Shown piece after piece: positions 34,722 to 44,994 of a DNA stretch of 64,000 bases. Location: NCBI GenBank assembly GCA_020279385.1, contig GCA_020279385.1_4762.2; one strand, given 5' to 3'. The translations under genes were made by a program, and so were the position numbers. This DNA comes from a phage. The notes under the pieces were generated by a model. It had not been told where the DNA came from, made no database searches, and saw only the letters and a list, made by a program, of their open reading frames with translations. Positions within the stretch are counted from its first letter, which is position 1. Each line of letters starts with the position of its first letter.

Positions 34722-35203
34722 AAATGATTAAACTGATTGGTCTTGCGGCTGCATTCATGCTTACTGGTTGTGCCAACATGGAAGCTATGATGAATGCTAA
34801 ATCAGATCCGGTTTTCTTGCTTCGTGAATGTAAAGCAGCATATGCAAGTGATGATCAGATCGAATCGTGCTTTATTTCTAAAATGGAACGTCGAGACGTG
34901 GATCGCGTTAAAGTTGGTTTAGCACCACAAACGCAGATGTTCAAGGATGCAATCAAAGAAGCGCGGGAAGAGAAAGCACAAGAAGAAAAGAAGCGTCAAG
35001 AAGAATTGCGCAAGCAGAAAGAAGAGTCTATACAACTTGAGAAGATGAAAGCACGGGATCGCTGTATTATCATGTCTGACATGCAGATAGAGCAAGAAGC
35101 AAGAAAGGCAGCATTAAACGGTGATTATGACCGTTATGAAGAACTTAACAGCGCAGAATTTCAAACTAAGGCACTAAAATATTGCAATGATTTAGCAAAA
35201 TAA
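34718..35203 (+). CDS. predicted lipoprotein with charged coiled-coil region
   Basis: 161 aa; signal peptide + lipobox MKMIKLIGLAAAFMLTGC; KEAREEKAQEEKKRQEELRKQKEE helical segment. Confidence 0.6.
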   Translation: MKMIKLIGLAAAFMLTGCANMEAMMNAKSDPVFLLRECKAAYASDDQIESCFISKMERRDVDRVKVGLAPQTQMFKDAIKEAREEKAQEEKKRQEELRKQKEESIQLEKMKARDRCIIMSDMQIEQEARKAALNGDYDRYEELNSAEFQTKALKYCNDLAK

Positions 35204-35206
35204 AAA

Positions 35207-35230
35207 GGCGGGGGATAATCCCCGCCTTTC
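35207..35230. terminator. bidirectional rho-independent terminator between convergent genes
   Basis: GGCGGGG-ATAAT-CCCCGCC hairpin flanked by A run on plus (T run for minus) and TTTCGCTT. Confidence 0.75.
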
Positions 35231-35235
35231 GCTTA

Positions 35236-36168
35236 TCAGAACCAGTTAGTGACAGTATTCACCACACGCCCACCAACGCCATTTAGACGCGATAAAGCAT
35301 TACCAGCAGCAGATAACCCACTATCAAGTAAATTATTGCCGAAAGTGTTTGTTATTGCGTTTATTGCCTTATCCTCAATCCATTCTCGCGCGGCTTGCTC
35401 TCCTACAGCACCAGTTTGCATAGAACGATATGCGAAAGTAACATCGAATGTTGTGATTTCGTTGTTGTTTTCATAGTTTAATTCCGGTGCACTCACACCA
35501 ACAGGAACACAACCATTAAACATCATGATCGTGTGAGGAACTCCCATTCGGTTATGTAAGTTGACCTGAATATCTGCTTCAACGTCAACAGGAAGCGCAC
35601 GAAGCCCTGTAACGGGGTCTTCCACTGAGTTAACCCAATCCTGCATTGCTCTATAGTTTGATGCGCTAGAGTCCATTCTAAAGCTCAATACAAGCGGATC
35701 AAAATCACGTCCGGTAATTCGAATGTTTGGCGCATTGTGGTTACGGTCCATTTCATAATTCAATCTGTTTTCTGGAACCTTAACAGCATACACCAGAAGA
35801 CCGCTTGTCTTATATGCCATATTGAACCAGTCAAGAGCATACGTACCAACATCAAATTGCCCCAGAAGAGATTGAACTACGCGGGATGACATTGCACCTA
35901 AAAGATACTTTTTGACACCGGATGAATCAACAGCACGCCTAACACCCTGTACAGCAAGATTTGTTAATGCGTCAGTATAATCACCACGAGTAATCCCGAA
36001 ATAGTCATTTAATGCATTTGGTATAATATCATATACCGCACCGCCCATACTTTCTAGGATCGCTTGTGTCTTATTACTTGGAGTGGTGGCAAATGCCACA
36101 CTGAATAAGTTCGATCGCTGAAAGTCAAGGTTAGCGGCTTGTTCGTTAAAGTCATTTAAATCAAACAT
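35236..36168 (-). CDS. 54: baseplate tail-tube initiator gp54
   Basis: 310 aa; synteny (54-48-29-28-27-51) and length. Confidence 0.75.
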   Translation of the reverse strand: MFDLNDFNEQAANLDFQRSNLFSVAFATTPSNKTQAILESMGGAVYDIIPNALNDYFGITRGDYTDALTNLAVQGVRRAVDSSGVKKYLLGAMSSRVVQSLLGQFDVGTYALDWFNMAYKTSGLLVYAVKVPENRLNYEMDRNHNAPNIRITGRDFDPLVLSFRMDSSASNYRAMQDWVNSVEDPVTGLRALPVDVEADIQVNLHNRMGVPHTIMMFNGCVPVGVSAPELNYENNNEITTFDVTFAYRSMQTGAVGEQAAREWIEDKAINAITNTFGNNLLDSGLSAAGNALSRLNGVGGRVVNTVTNWF

Positions 36169-37226
36169 TATGCCGCACTCCCAAATATAGTACCACGGGA
36201 AAGTGTCAAGATCTCTCTAAATGATACTTCCAGAACAAAGGTACTCGGCAAGTTAGGAGAAATAGCAAGGCCATTAAACTTACCATCAGGCGACTTGTCC
36301 AGACGTACACTTGAGATCTGAGCGGGACCAAATGCATCGCTACGCCCTTCAAACGATGTACGCTTGCCGAAGTTAGAGATCATCCATATTGTCGGGTTAG
36401 ATACAGTAATTACGTTTGATAGAAAATCGGTGATCCCTTCAAACAGCGTATCATTTCTCTTTGCCTCGGCTGGAGTGGATTTGCTCAATAGTGTATTTTT
36501 ATACCACGCATCAACTTCCGCTTTTAATTCTTTTGCTGTGCTGGAAATACCACTAGAACCATAAGACAACTCTAAAAACGTTTCGTATATGATCAGAATA
36601 TTGCGAAGGTCTTCAATACTACGTGGGGTTAGATGCCATACGTAGTTTTTCGTTCGTGCGTCAGCACCCGCATACATGCTTCGCGCAGTATTATAAATCT
36701 GTTCACCGTGATCGGCAAGGTATCCACCAGTAATACTTTCGATACCACCAAAAACGGCAGTAGATGCCATATTAGAAAGAGCACCGCCTAAAGTACCACC
36801 GCCGCGAGAAATAACAGATTCACCAACATCATTAAACTTATGGCTGGCAGCGTCAACGTCAGATTGACTACGAGGAAGAAGAATATTAGCAATTGCCTCG
36901 CGGTCAAACGCAGCATTTCTCCCTCCCAAATTTAAATCAAAACCAGCGATATTAACGCTACCGCCAAAACCGCTAGCAACATTTTTCTTTTTCCTGAAAT
37001 CACGCAGCGATCCAGTAGTACGAGATGTGTAATCGTATGCAGTGAATAACAGACCATTATTATATAAGTCGTTGATATAATAACCGCTAGCATCATTACC
37101 GCTAGCACGTTCAGCGGGGAATTGAGCGGTTAATGTTTTCCCTTTATTTTTTGAGGTAAAACCAGCGGAGGTTTTAACCCCCGCTTTAAAGCTATCAACG
37201 GCATCATTGATAACACTAATTTTCAT
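36168..37226 (-). CDS. 48: baseplate tail-tube cap gp48
   Basis: 352 aa; synteny/length; start overlaps gp29 stop. Confidence 0.75.
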   Translation of the reverse strand: MKISVINDAVDSFKAGVKTSAGFTSKNKGKTLTAQFPAERASGNDASGYYINDLYNNGLLFTAYDYTSRTTGSLRDFRKKKNVASGFGGSVNIAGFDLNLGGRNAAFDREAIANILLPRSQSDVDAASHKFNDVGESVISRGGGTLGGALSNMASTAVFGGIESITGGYLADHGEQIYNTARSMYAGADARTKNYVWHLTPRSIEDLRNILIIYETFLELSYGSSGISSTAKELKAEVDAWYKNTLLSKSTPAEAKRNDTLFEGITDFLSNVITVSNPTIWMISNFGKRTSFEGRSDAFGPAQISSVRLDKSPDGKFNGLAISPNLPSTFVLEVSFREILTLSRGTIFGSAA

Positions 37227-38959
37227 TAAAAGTTCCCCATATTAATTGTACCGGGGGCATCAATTCTAGTTGTTGGTGCACCCTGTTTAATAGTTCTATT
37301 GTTTGTTACAATTTGTGTATTATTTACGTTTGAGGTCTGATTTGTCGTTTGTTGCTGGATTGCAGCTTGTTTCTGCATTTGTTCAGTACGCTCCGCTTGT
37401 TTTGCTGTTTCCGTTTCAGTTGCAGGAACAGGTTTAGCTGGAACCACACCCTTAGTTTTATCGGTATACATCTCATCAAATTTTTCAATAAGACGCTCTA
37501 ACTGAGAACGATCACTTTCAACTAATGTAGGATCTTGAACTTGCTCACGGTAAACATCAATATCCTTTTTCAACTCTTCCATTCTTTCTTTGTCATAGTC
37601 ACCGCTCAAATTCTCCATAACTTCATTAATATTATTGATCGCTCCCTCGCTTTTAATTCTAAGTTTACGACTAGCAGATCGTTGTTCAGCAGAAACAGAC
37701 TTATATTCTCCGCGTTTTAATTCTTCTTGTCGTTTCTCTGCGTCAACATCCTTTTGATCTCTCCAGCCCAGACTAACAAGACCTTCGTTAACTTTATCCT
37801 TAATAGATTCGCCTATGGCCTCGCCAATATCACGGGCTTTTCCGGTCCAGCCAGTACGCTCCCCGTATTTGTCCTCTTCGTGTTCAGACTCGACCTTATC
37901 CATTAATTCGAGTTCTCTTTCATTTGGCGTATAGCCTTGAGCGACAGCAGATTTTAAAGCACCATATTCTAACTTATCGGCATAATCACCCATACCAGGG
38001 ATCATGCGAAGAATTTTAGCAATACCCGTAGTGATAATTCGATCAAGTTGGATAAAGGTTTTATAGAATGCATCACCAATACCCATAACAAGAGATTTAA
38101 TTAATTCTCCATATTCACCTTTAGACCAATAATCTCGAACTTGACGAATAGTTGTTAGAATATCACTAATTGGTCCAGCCCATTCTCCGGCCTTATCCAT
38201 AAATTCATCGAATTTTGTTTCGAATAAATCACTCCAATATCTGAAATGAATCATAAGGGTGTCGATGGCAAAAACAATACCCATCAAAATAGCGCCCCAT
38301 TTTGCGGCTTCTGCCATAGCGGTCAAGGTGATCTTAAATAACATCCCTAAGACCTTATTAGAGATACCTATGGTTTCTTTAAATCCTCCACGAACAACTT
38401 TAAGAAGATTTTCCATAGAATCCGCATTGCGCTTATCTGCGGCGTTCTTCTTCTTCCGTTCCTCAACATCTGGTTTTTTCTTTGGAAGACCTTGATAGTT
38501 GTCATTATTAGGCTGTTCCGGTACAATAGGCAAAACTGGCTGAGGTGATGGCATTGTTTGCGGTTGTTCCGGTTTTTTCAGTGCTTCTTCAATCGCACCA
38601 ATACCGCTAGCCATTTTACTGACAACACCAAATCTACGTTCCATCATAACACCAAAACCACGTAATTTCTCATTCATCTGAGAAGAGAAATTATTGAGTT
38701 TTTGCAATTCTTCATAAGTTTTTTGGGTATTGCCAGCGGTAGATTGGGTATTCTCTGCCGTCAATTCATTGGCTGCGGTGTTATCCTCTACCGCACCAAC
38801 AACTTCATTAGATTTTTGTTCTACTGTCTCCGCCACCAATTCGGTAGCGGCTTGCAAATTATCAATAGAATCAAGTTTATCTAACTTGTTAAGTTTATCA
38901 ATCGGATTTTCTTCCGCTTCCTTGCGCATCCCGCGAAATGATGTTAATGCGTCATTCAT
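37226..38959 (-). CDS. 29: baseplate hub / tail length determinator gp29
   Basis: 577 aa; synteny/length; coiled-coil rich with Pro-rich segment. Confidence 0.75.
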   Translation of the reverse strand: MNDALTSFRGMRKEAEENPIDKLNKLDKLDSIDNLQAATELVAETVEQKSNEVVGAVEDNTAANELTAENTQSTAGNTQKTYEELQKLNNFSSQMNEKLRGFGVMMERRFGVVSKMASGIGAIEEALKKPEQPQTMPSPQPVLPIVPEQPNNDNYQGLPKKKPDVEERKKKNAADKRNADSMENLLKVVRGGFKETIGISNKVLGMLFKITLTAMAEAAKWGAILMGIVFAIDTLMIHFRYWSDLFETKFDEFMDKAGEWAGPISDILTTIRQVRDYWSKGEYGELIKSLVMGIGDAFYKTFIQLDRIITTGIAKILRMIPGMGDYADKLEYGALKSAVAQGYTPNERELELMDKVESEHEEDKYGERTGWTGKARDIGEAIGESIKDKVNEGLVSLGWRDQKDVDAEKRQEELKRGEYKSVSAEQRSASRKLRIKSEGAINNINEVMENLSGDYDKERMEELKKDIDVYREQVQDPTLVESDRSQLERLIEKFDEMYTDKTKGVVPAKPVPATETETAKQAERTEQMQKQAAIQQQTTNQTSNVNNTQIVTNNRTIKQGAPTTRIDAPGTINMGNF

Positions 38960-39474
38960 GATAGGCGATCCAATATGTTAATTCCACCATAGATAGTGCC
39001 TTCCGGCGTATCCAGCGCAATAGTTTTTCTTAATCCTGTAGCCCAATCCATAATAAAAGCTGGGAAATCATGGAAGTCTACGCTAGGATCGTGATAATGA
39101 TGACTCAAGAAATCAGCGTCATCGATAATGGGGTCAGAAGTATACATTGGATTTTTAAATTTAAAGACTTTACCATTTAAAGTAAATTCAGTCTCTGTAC
39201 AAATATACACATCAGACAGCTTAAGACCATCTTTTTCTTCCAGACACTTACCATTAAACGCACAAAGGTTAAGCATAACCAATTCCGACTCGGCAGCGTT
39301 TAACCCAGGACAGATTGAATCAAGAAGAATCTTTAATGTTTCATCACAGCTACGAACATCTTTTAATAATCGATGTTGCTTAATCCCCATTTTTGGGATC
39401 TTGATATGTTTCCCGTTTATCTCTAAAGTTTTTACAGGAACAACAAATTTTAGCATAGGTTTAGTTTCTGTCAT
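38956..39474 (-). CDS. 28: baseplate distal hub subunit gp28
   Basis: 172 aa; synteny/length. Confidence 0.7.
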   Translation of the reverse strand: MTETKPMLKFVVPVKTLEINGKHIKIPKMGIKQHRLLKDVRSCDETLKILLDSICPGLNAAESELVMLNLCAFNGKCLEEKDGLKLSDVYICTETEFTLNGKVFKFKNPMYTSDPIIDDADFLSHHYHDPSVDFHDFPAFIMDWATGLRKTIALDTPEGTIYGGINILDRLS

Positions 39475-40583
39475 TATATCTTACCTTCAAATTTGACTTC
39501 CTGTAATTCTTCGCTGTTACCGATCATATACAGGTGAGTTAATGATTGTTCTCGGCTAATTTCATGCACCACTTCATCAACAATAAAATCATTGCGTGCT
39601 TGTTGCTTCTCATCAAAGAATCGAATAACCATACCAGGGCGCAACGAAAAATTACCATGACACACGGCGGTAGCATATGAATCATATTGTTCTATTGTGG
39701 CAAGTTTAGAACCTTCCAAAAATGCATTCTTATAAGTCAACTCCCCATAAGCGCCACCATGTGCAAAATGAGCAATGTTATCCCCGTTACCAACAACAAT
39801 TTTATTATACTGCTTAGTAACAAAATCAATAGTCGTGTATGTCACATTGTTAAATGAATTTTTAACTTTAGCATTGCTCTTAGTCTGCCACTCGAAATTA
39901 AAAACCATCAGATTAGGTGACATATCAATAAATTGCCCCATGAGTCTAGGCTCACAGATTATAGCTGGTATTGGCTCATTTTTTAATATTGTATCGTGTC
40001 CGGCTATAGTTATACCATCAAAATCTTCCCAGCAATACACGAAAGACTCGGTTTCTACGCTTTGCCCGTATGCCCTCACAAAATCCATATAGTCATTTAT
40101 GGTACTAACCCACGGACAACGAGGAATAACAACGTTATCACCTTTTATGGTTGGTTTCCATAAAGGAACTTCTTTATAGATAGCGTCAATCATGCTGGTT
40201 ACGTTATTAACAGCGTTATTTGTCAATGCGCGAGAAAATTTAAGGTTTAGTGTTTCGTGATAGCTCTTTAACTGGAATGTTAAAATGTTGTCGGATTTTT
40301 GGTCAATCGTTACATTACTATGAGAGATCCCATAGATTCGGTTGAACACTTCATCTGTGTTGGCAGTAGATAACGAAATCTGAATGATCTCCCGCCCGTT
40401 TAATTTTGTATGCATCGCTTTATTATCATAGAATTGCAACAATCCTTCGTTCACCCCACGAATCGAATCACGCAGAGTCATTGTAACAAAGGTAGCACCC
40501 AATTCTATAAAGCGATGATTTAGAAACGCCTCATAATCCTGATAAAGTTTTATTGAGACATTAGGAAACCCCGTTCTTTGCAT
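39474..40583 (-). CDS. 27: baseplate hub subunit gp27
   Basis: 369 aa; synteny/length. Confidence 0.75.
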   Translation of the reverse strand: MQRTGFPNVSIKLYQDYEAFLNHRFIELGATFVTMTLRDSIRGVNEGLLQFYDNKAMHTKLNGREIIQISLSTANTDEVFNRIYGISHSNVTIDQKSDNILTFQLKSYHETLNLKFSRALTNNAVNNVTSMIDAIYKEVPLWKPTIKGDNVVIPRCPWVSTINDYMDFVRAYGQSVETESFVYCWEDFDGITIAGHDTILKNEPIPAIICEPRLMGQFIDMSPNLMVFNFEWQTKSNAKVKNSFNNVTYTTIDFVTKQYNKIVVGNGDNIAHFAHGGAYGELTYKNAFLEGSKLATIEQYDSYATAVCHGNFSLRPGMVIRFFDEKQQARNDFIVDEVVHEISREQSLTHLYMIGNSEELQEVKFEGKI

Positions 40584-41331
40584 TGTTTGCCTCTTTTACG
40601 TCTTTCTCGACCAGTGTCAGTGCAATGTTTCTCTCGACGGGTAACATTTCCATAAGATCACTGATAGAATAATTTGATTTTGCCAACAGATGATTTATTC
40701 GATAAAATATGAATAACTCATCTGGATTCAACAACAATTTGAATAATGGAAGAAGACCTATGTATTTCAGGTCATGACTTTCACAACAAGATATCTTTTG
40801 TTCGATCTTGATCGTGTGCATTTGTTTAACAACTTCTTCAAATTCAGCAAACGAGATTGAATCGATAACCTGTTCTCTAACTTCTTCCGGTAATTCGGTC
40901 CACAGATAATCATTAACACCATCAGATACACGCTCTATCGCATCTAGAAACGTTTTTGCATAGTCGGTTGATGGTTTCACATACCGGAAAGTTATTTTAA
41001 GCCCTGCGGCCTCCAGAACGATTGGTTTTAGTGCTTCGACCTGTAAGTTGAGCAACATTTTTCTTTCTTTGTTGCAAGTCGGGCAAGTAAAGCAAAGCGG
41101 TATCTTTGTTTTACCTATTGAGCTAGTAAAAACGTTCAGGAAAATATATTCACGAAATGCAGGGTCTACGTCTGGATATATTTCTTCTAGTAGCTCATCC
41201 AGGATAGTTTGTTCTTCTTCTGGATTCATCTTAATTTCAGTTGACACCAGAAGGAAATCTCTGTAATCTTTAACAGTGAAAGGTTTAAATCGCTGTACAC
41301 CTTCCGGTAGTTTTATTCGTATAATATTCAT
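40561..41331 (-). CDS. 51: baseplate hub assembly protein gp51
   Basis: 256 aa; synteny; CxxC pairs. Confidence 0.65.
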   Translation of the reverse strand: MNIIRIKLPEGVQRFKPFTVKDYRDFLLVSTEIKMNPEEEQTILDELLEEIYPDVDPAFREYIFLNVFTSSIGKTKIPLCFTCPTCNKERKMLLNLQVEALKPIVLEAAGLKITFRYVKPSTDYAKTFLDAIERVSDGVNDYLWTELPEEVREQVIDSISFAEFEEVVKQMHTIKIEQKISCCESHDLKYIGLLPLFKLLLNPDELFIFYRINHLLAKSNYSISDLMEMLPVERNIALTLVEKDVKEANNAKNGVS

Positions 41332-41351
41332 GGTATAATCCCCCTTTCGGG

Positions 41352-41359
41352 TATTTATA
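41352..41359 (-). promoter_or_regulatory. T4-type late promoter TATAAATA for gene 51 operon
   Basis: Plus TATTTATA in divergent 51/26 intergenic region, ~20 nt upstream of gene 51 ATG. Confidence 0.55.
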
Positions 41360-41401
41360 AAATACTAAATAATTCTATGTGTTTATAAAGGGTGTTTTAT
41401 T

Positions 41402-42031
41402 ATGCAATACTTTTTCAAGTTCCAAATAGGCGAAAAGTTGATACACGCCCGTGCTTTCACCTTCGGCGAATTTCAAAAACTAGTAGCAGCAAAAGAGACT
41501 GGCAAGCTGTCAGAGGTTGTTATAGAGATCATACATGAATGTACGGGGATCAATGCATTAGAGCTAGAGAAATGCGAAGCAGAATATATTTTTCTTCTCT
41601 TATGGTGTCACAGCCTCAATAAGATGAAAATTGATGCTACTTGGGTGTGTGGTGTATGCAATAAAGAGAAAGTATACTCTCTTGATGTTTCACGCACACA
41701 GATACCAGAAGTTGAACCGTATATTCTGGACGTAGGACAAGTAAAAATCAAGTTTCGTCAACCTAAGTTTACAGAAGATGTTGATATTATGCAGATGGTA
41801 ATTGCATGTATCGAATATATCGTGATCGGCGATCAGCAATTCAATATAGACGACCTGAACGCACAGGACTTTGACCGCGTGCTGGATATGCTTACCACGG
41901 ATAAAGTGGAAGAAGTGATCGACGAGCTAACAAGAAATCAAATCACGCTGGCAGTACCGATCAAGTGCGAATGCGGGGAATCTGGTGTATATTCATTATC
42001 AGGTCTATCCAGTTTCCTTAAAATTCTTTGA
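41402..42031 (+). CDS. 26: baseplate hub subunit gp26
   Basis: 209 aa; divergent from 51, upstream of 25. Confidence 0.65.
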   Translation: MQYFFKFQIGEKLIHARAFTFGEFQKLVAAKETGKLSEVVIEIIHECTGINALELEKCEAEYIFLLLWCHSLNKMKIDATWVCGVCNKEKVYSLDVSRTQIPEVEPYILDVGQVKIKFRQPKFTEDVDIMQMVIACIEYIVIGDQQFNIDDLNAQDFDRVLDMLTTDKVEEVIDELTRNQITLAVPIKCECGESGVYSLSGLSSFLKIL

Positions 42032-42039
42032 GGTATAAC

Positions 42040-42426
42040 ATGGCAACTATTAATCAGATGTATACCGATTTGGATCTCAATATATCCAGATCGTGGAATA
42101 ACGACGTTAAAAAGAACATAGGGATTAAAGCGGTTAAGGATTCTATTCTACTGATCGTTACTACTCGCAAGGGATCTCGTCCATTTGATCCACTGTTTGG
42201 ATGCGATCTCAATAAATCTTTGTTTGAGAACATGAACCCACTGACGGTGGATACCTTATCAAAAAACATCAATGAGGCGATCCGAAACTATGAACCACGG
42301 GTCCGAAACCTGACAGTAGAAGTAACTCCGCAGTACGACGATAACTCAATCATAGTATCAATCTACTTTTCAGTAATAGATAACCCGGATGATCTTGAAC
42401 AACTACGCATAAGACTTGCAAAGTGA
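42040..42426 (+). CDS. 25: baseplate wedge subunit gp25
   Basis: ATG 42040; TTRKGSRPFDPLFGCDL, NYEPRV, FSVIDNPDD closely match T4 gp25. Confidence 0.9.
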   Translation: MATINQMYTDLDLNISRSWNNDVKKNIGIKAVKDSILLIVTTRKGSRPFDPLFGCDLNKSLFENMNPLTVDTLSKNINEAIRNYEPRVRNLTVEVTPQYDDNSIIVSIYFSVIDNPDDLEQLRIRLAK

Positions 42427-42473
42427 TTTTGTGTGTGATATGATATAGGTCTTAGTGTGAATAAGGGGATATT

Positions 42474-42881
42474 ATGGACCTAAACGATTTGAAAGAACAA
42501 TTAGAAGCTGACATGAAGATCGATGCGACTAAGTTGCAATGGGAGGCGCTGAATAATCCGGTAGTATACTCAAAGTGGTTAAGGATTTACAGCGAGGCGA
42601 AGCGAGAGACGATTGCACTTGAGGCTAAAAAGAAAAAGGCTATGAAAAATCGTCTTGACTTTTACACTAACCGTAGTGATGACTGGTGTCGCGCTGAATA
42701 TGAGAAATCAGAATTGAAAGTTGTCATGGCAGCAGACGACGAGATCTTACCGCTTGATACGAAAATTGCATATTACCAGATGGTAATGGATTTCGCTGGT
42801 CGCGCACTTGATATCGTTAAATCTCGTGGATTTGCGATCAAGAATGCTATAGAATTGCGTATGCTGGAATCTGGTCGCTAA
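42474..42881 (+). CDS. uvsY: recombination mediator UvsY
   Basis: 135 aa; KLQWEALNNPVVYSKWL, YEKSELK, KSRGFAIKN colinear with T4 UvsY. Confidence 0.85.
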   Translation: MDLNDLKEQLEADMKIDATKLQWEALNNPVVYSKWLRIYSEAKRETIALEAKKKKAMKNRLDFYTNRSDDWCRAEYEKSELKVVMAADDEILPLDTKIAYYQMVMDFAGRALDIVKSRGFAIKNAIELRMLESGR

Positions 42882-42901
42882 ATACATGCAGGAGGAATTT
42901 T

Positions 42902-43078
42902 ATGAAAATCTGTATTTGTTGTAAACAACCTGTCGAGGATGCGTTAGCCGTCCAGACAGAAAACGGCGTTGTTCACACTGGCTACTGCTTACAGCTAGTA
43001 ACAGAACGTTCGATTAGTGAAGATGCGAACGGCGAAGAACAAGAACAACTCGTAGAGCAAACAATGCTGTTAATGTAA
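42902..43078 (+). CDS. possible small Cys-rich protein (58 aa)
   Basis: RBS GGAGGA + ATG; MKICICCKQP...; below track cutoff. Confidence 0.35.
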   Translation: MKICICCKQPVEDALAVQTENGVVHTGYCLQLVTERSISEDANGEEQEQLVEQTMLLM

Positions 43079-43111
43079 TTTGTTGATAACCGATTTTAAT
43101 TGGTTTATTTT

Positions 43112-43137
43112 GCCCCATCATTGATGGGGCTTTTTTA
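43112..43137 (+). terminator. rho-independent terminator (plus-strand uvsY operon)
   Basis: GCCCCATC-ATT-GATGGGGC hairpin followed by TTTTTTATAT. Confidence 0.8.
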
Positions 43138-43141
43138 TATC

Positions 43142-43378
43142 TTAAAAATCCTCTTCCGGCTCCTCTTCTGGCTCGTTGTCCGCTTCCAATTGCTTACGGC
43201 GTCCAGCGATGGCATCACGGATCGAAATATCATCAGCAGGTTTCAATTCTGTTTCTTTCTTGCGCTTCTCATAATATGCCTCAAGTTCATTTAATCCCTC
43301 GATAGTATTACAAGAATAAATCTTACGCATGAAACCGTCAATAGCGGCCTCAACCAAAAAACGTTTAAAGCTAATCAT
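43142..43378 (-). CDS. uvsW.1: UvsW.1-like small acidic protein
   Basis: 78 aa immediately downstream of uvsW; acidic C-terminus; RBS GGAG. Confidence 0.55.
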   Translation of the reverse strand: MISFKRFLVEAAIDGFMRKIYSCNTIEGLNELEAYYEKRKKETELKPADDISIRDAIAGRRKQLEADNEPEEEPEEDF

Positions 43379-43395
43379 TTTTAATCTCCGTAGAA

Positions 43396-43418
43396 TAAAG
43401 GGGCATTAAAGCCCCTAT
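43396..43418 (-). terminator. hairpin/attenuator between uvsW and uvsW.1
   Basis: Minus-strand GGGGCTTTAATGCCCC followed by TTTATTC. Confidence 0.45.
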
Positions 43419-43421
43419 TTA

Positions 43422-44924
43422 TTAGATCTCGATTGTTTTCGTGACATATTCGAATCGATCGGTGTTGTAAATTTTTATTCTTTCAAGGGCATGTTTAAGA
43501 GCATAATTAAGGTGGCTAAACTGTTTCTTAGCATTCTTGCTCTTTGTCTTAACCGCCAAATGATCGATAAGATCCCAGACCGTTGCAATGTCTTTCGAAC
43601 CATGTTTACGCAATGCACGACCGATACTCTGACGAACGATAGTTGATTCCTTCACTGGATGACCGAAAATAACATGATGCAAATTCTTAATTGAAACACC
43701 AGTAGAGAATACACCATAAGACGCAACACAAATGATCCCGGTGTCACCCTCCGCCATTTTCTTAAATTCATCACGTTCTTCTGTCTTAACTCCACCGTCA
43801 ATATAATAAACCTTGTCATGTACCTTCTGTAACGCGTCATACATAAGTTTTCCGTGCTTAGTATTGCGGAACATCAGGAATACGTTTTCGCCCTTCTTAG
43901 CGAGTTTTAGCGCCAAATTACAAGCAAACTTATTTCGTCGTGGGTTAGACGTAATATACTTGATCTCTTCCGCATATTCTCTCCCCTTAACCGCGCTACA
44001 TTCCTCATCGGTATAACGAAGGAAAAGACAGTTAATTTTCAGTTTTGTCACCTGCCCTTCTTCCATCAGGCGGTCAATACTCACGATCTTAGAAATATCA
44101 CCGAAAAGCCCGACATACTGCATCATGTTAGCTTTCCCATCACGAGGGGAACCAGTCATGCCGATCTTAAATTGGCAATGATCCATATCAGTAACGATGT
44201 TTAGCAGGTTTTTAGCAGTGGCCTTGTGACATTCATCAACAATTACCATCCCAAATTGCTGGAACCACTCACGAGGTTGTTTACATGCAGATTGCCACGT
44301 ACTAACAACGATCAGGCGATCACCTACGTGTTTACTAGTACCGCTCATGATAGTATGAATTGCTTCATAAGGAAACTGGCGATAATCAACAAAGTCATCA
44401 CGCATTTGCAGCACTAGCGACGTGGTAGGAACGATGATCAGCACTTTCCCTTCGTAGTTCTCTAAGTACCAGCGAGACAACATACAAGCAATCGCAGATT
44501 TACCAGCGGACGTAGGCAAAACTAACATACGGCGTTTATGATGAATACCTTCAAAGACAGCCTTTGATTGATACCAATGCGGGGTGATCCTGTTAGCACC
44601 GGAATATAATTCTAAGTCATTACACCATTTTGTAATTTCTTCTTCTGTAACTTGTTCTTTTTCGAATAAGCGAGGATCTACCCATACGCTATAGCCCATA
44701 TTTTTAGCGAAGATTCCCACGGTTTTAGTTAGGCCGATTGGCAGCTTTCCGTTGTAATCTAAAAGACGAATACGCCCATCCCATCCACCATACTTAAATC
44801 TTTTTTGAAACCGCGCTCTCTCGACTTCAAAACTAAAATAATCTCGCATTTCTAATAAAATTGAATCGCTACATTCAATTTGAACATGGGAGTAGTTCAG
44901 AAAGTGAATTTTAATATCTTGCAT
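43422..44924 (-). CDS. uvsW: SF2 DNA helicase UvsW
   Basis: ~500 aa; Walker A PTSAGKS, DECH box, GRALRKHGSK; colinear with T4 UvsW; ATG at 44922-44924 with RBS GAGG. Confidence 0.9.
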   Translation of the reverse strand: MQDIKIHFLNYSHVQIECSDSILLEMRDYFSFEVERARFQKRFKYGGWDGRIRLLDYNGKLPIGLTKTVGIFAKNMGYSVWVDPRLFEKEQVTEEEITKWCNDLELYSGANRITPHWYQSKAVFEGIHHKRRMLVLPTSAGKSAIACMLSRWYLENYEGKVLIIVPTTSLVLQMRDDFVDYRQFPYEAIHTIMSGTSKHVGDRLIVVSTWQSACKQPREWFQQFGMVIVDECHKATAKNLLNIVTDMDHCQFKIGMTGSPRDGKANMMQYVGLFGDISKIVSIDRLMEEGQVTKLKINCLFLRYTDEECSAVKGREYAEEIKYITSNPRRNKFACNLALKLAKKGENVFLMFRNTKHGKLMYDALQKVHDKVYYIDGGVKTEERDEFKKMAEGDTGIICVASYGVFSTGVSIKNLHHVIFGHPVKESTIVRQSIGRALRKHGSKDIATVWDLIDHLAVKTKSKNAKKQFSHLNYALKHALERIKIYNTDRFEYVTKTIEI

Positions 44925-44960
44925 AGCGAATAGCCTCACTCAATAAATACAGTATACAAA

Positions 44961-44968
44961 TATTTATA
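44961..44968 (-). promoter_or_regulatory. T4-type late promoter TATAAATA upstream of uvsW
   Basis: Plus TATTTATA ~40 nt upstream of uvsW ATG. Confidence 0.5.
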
Positions 44969-44994
44969 CAAACACCCCCAATCAGGAGAATAAC

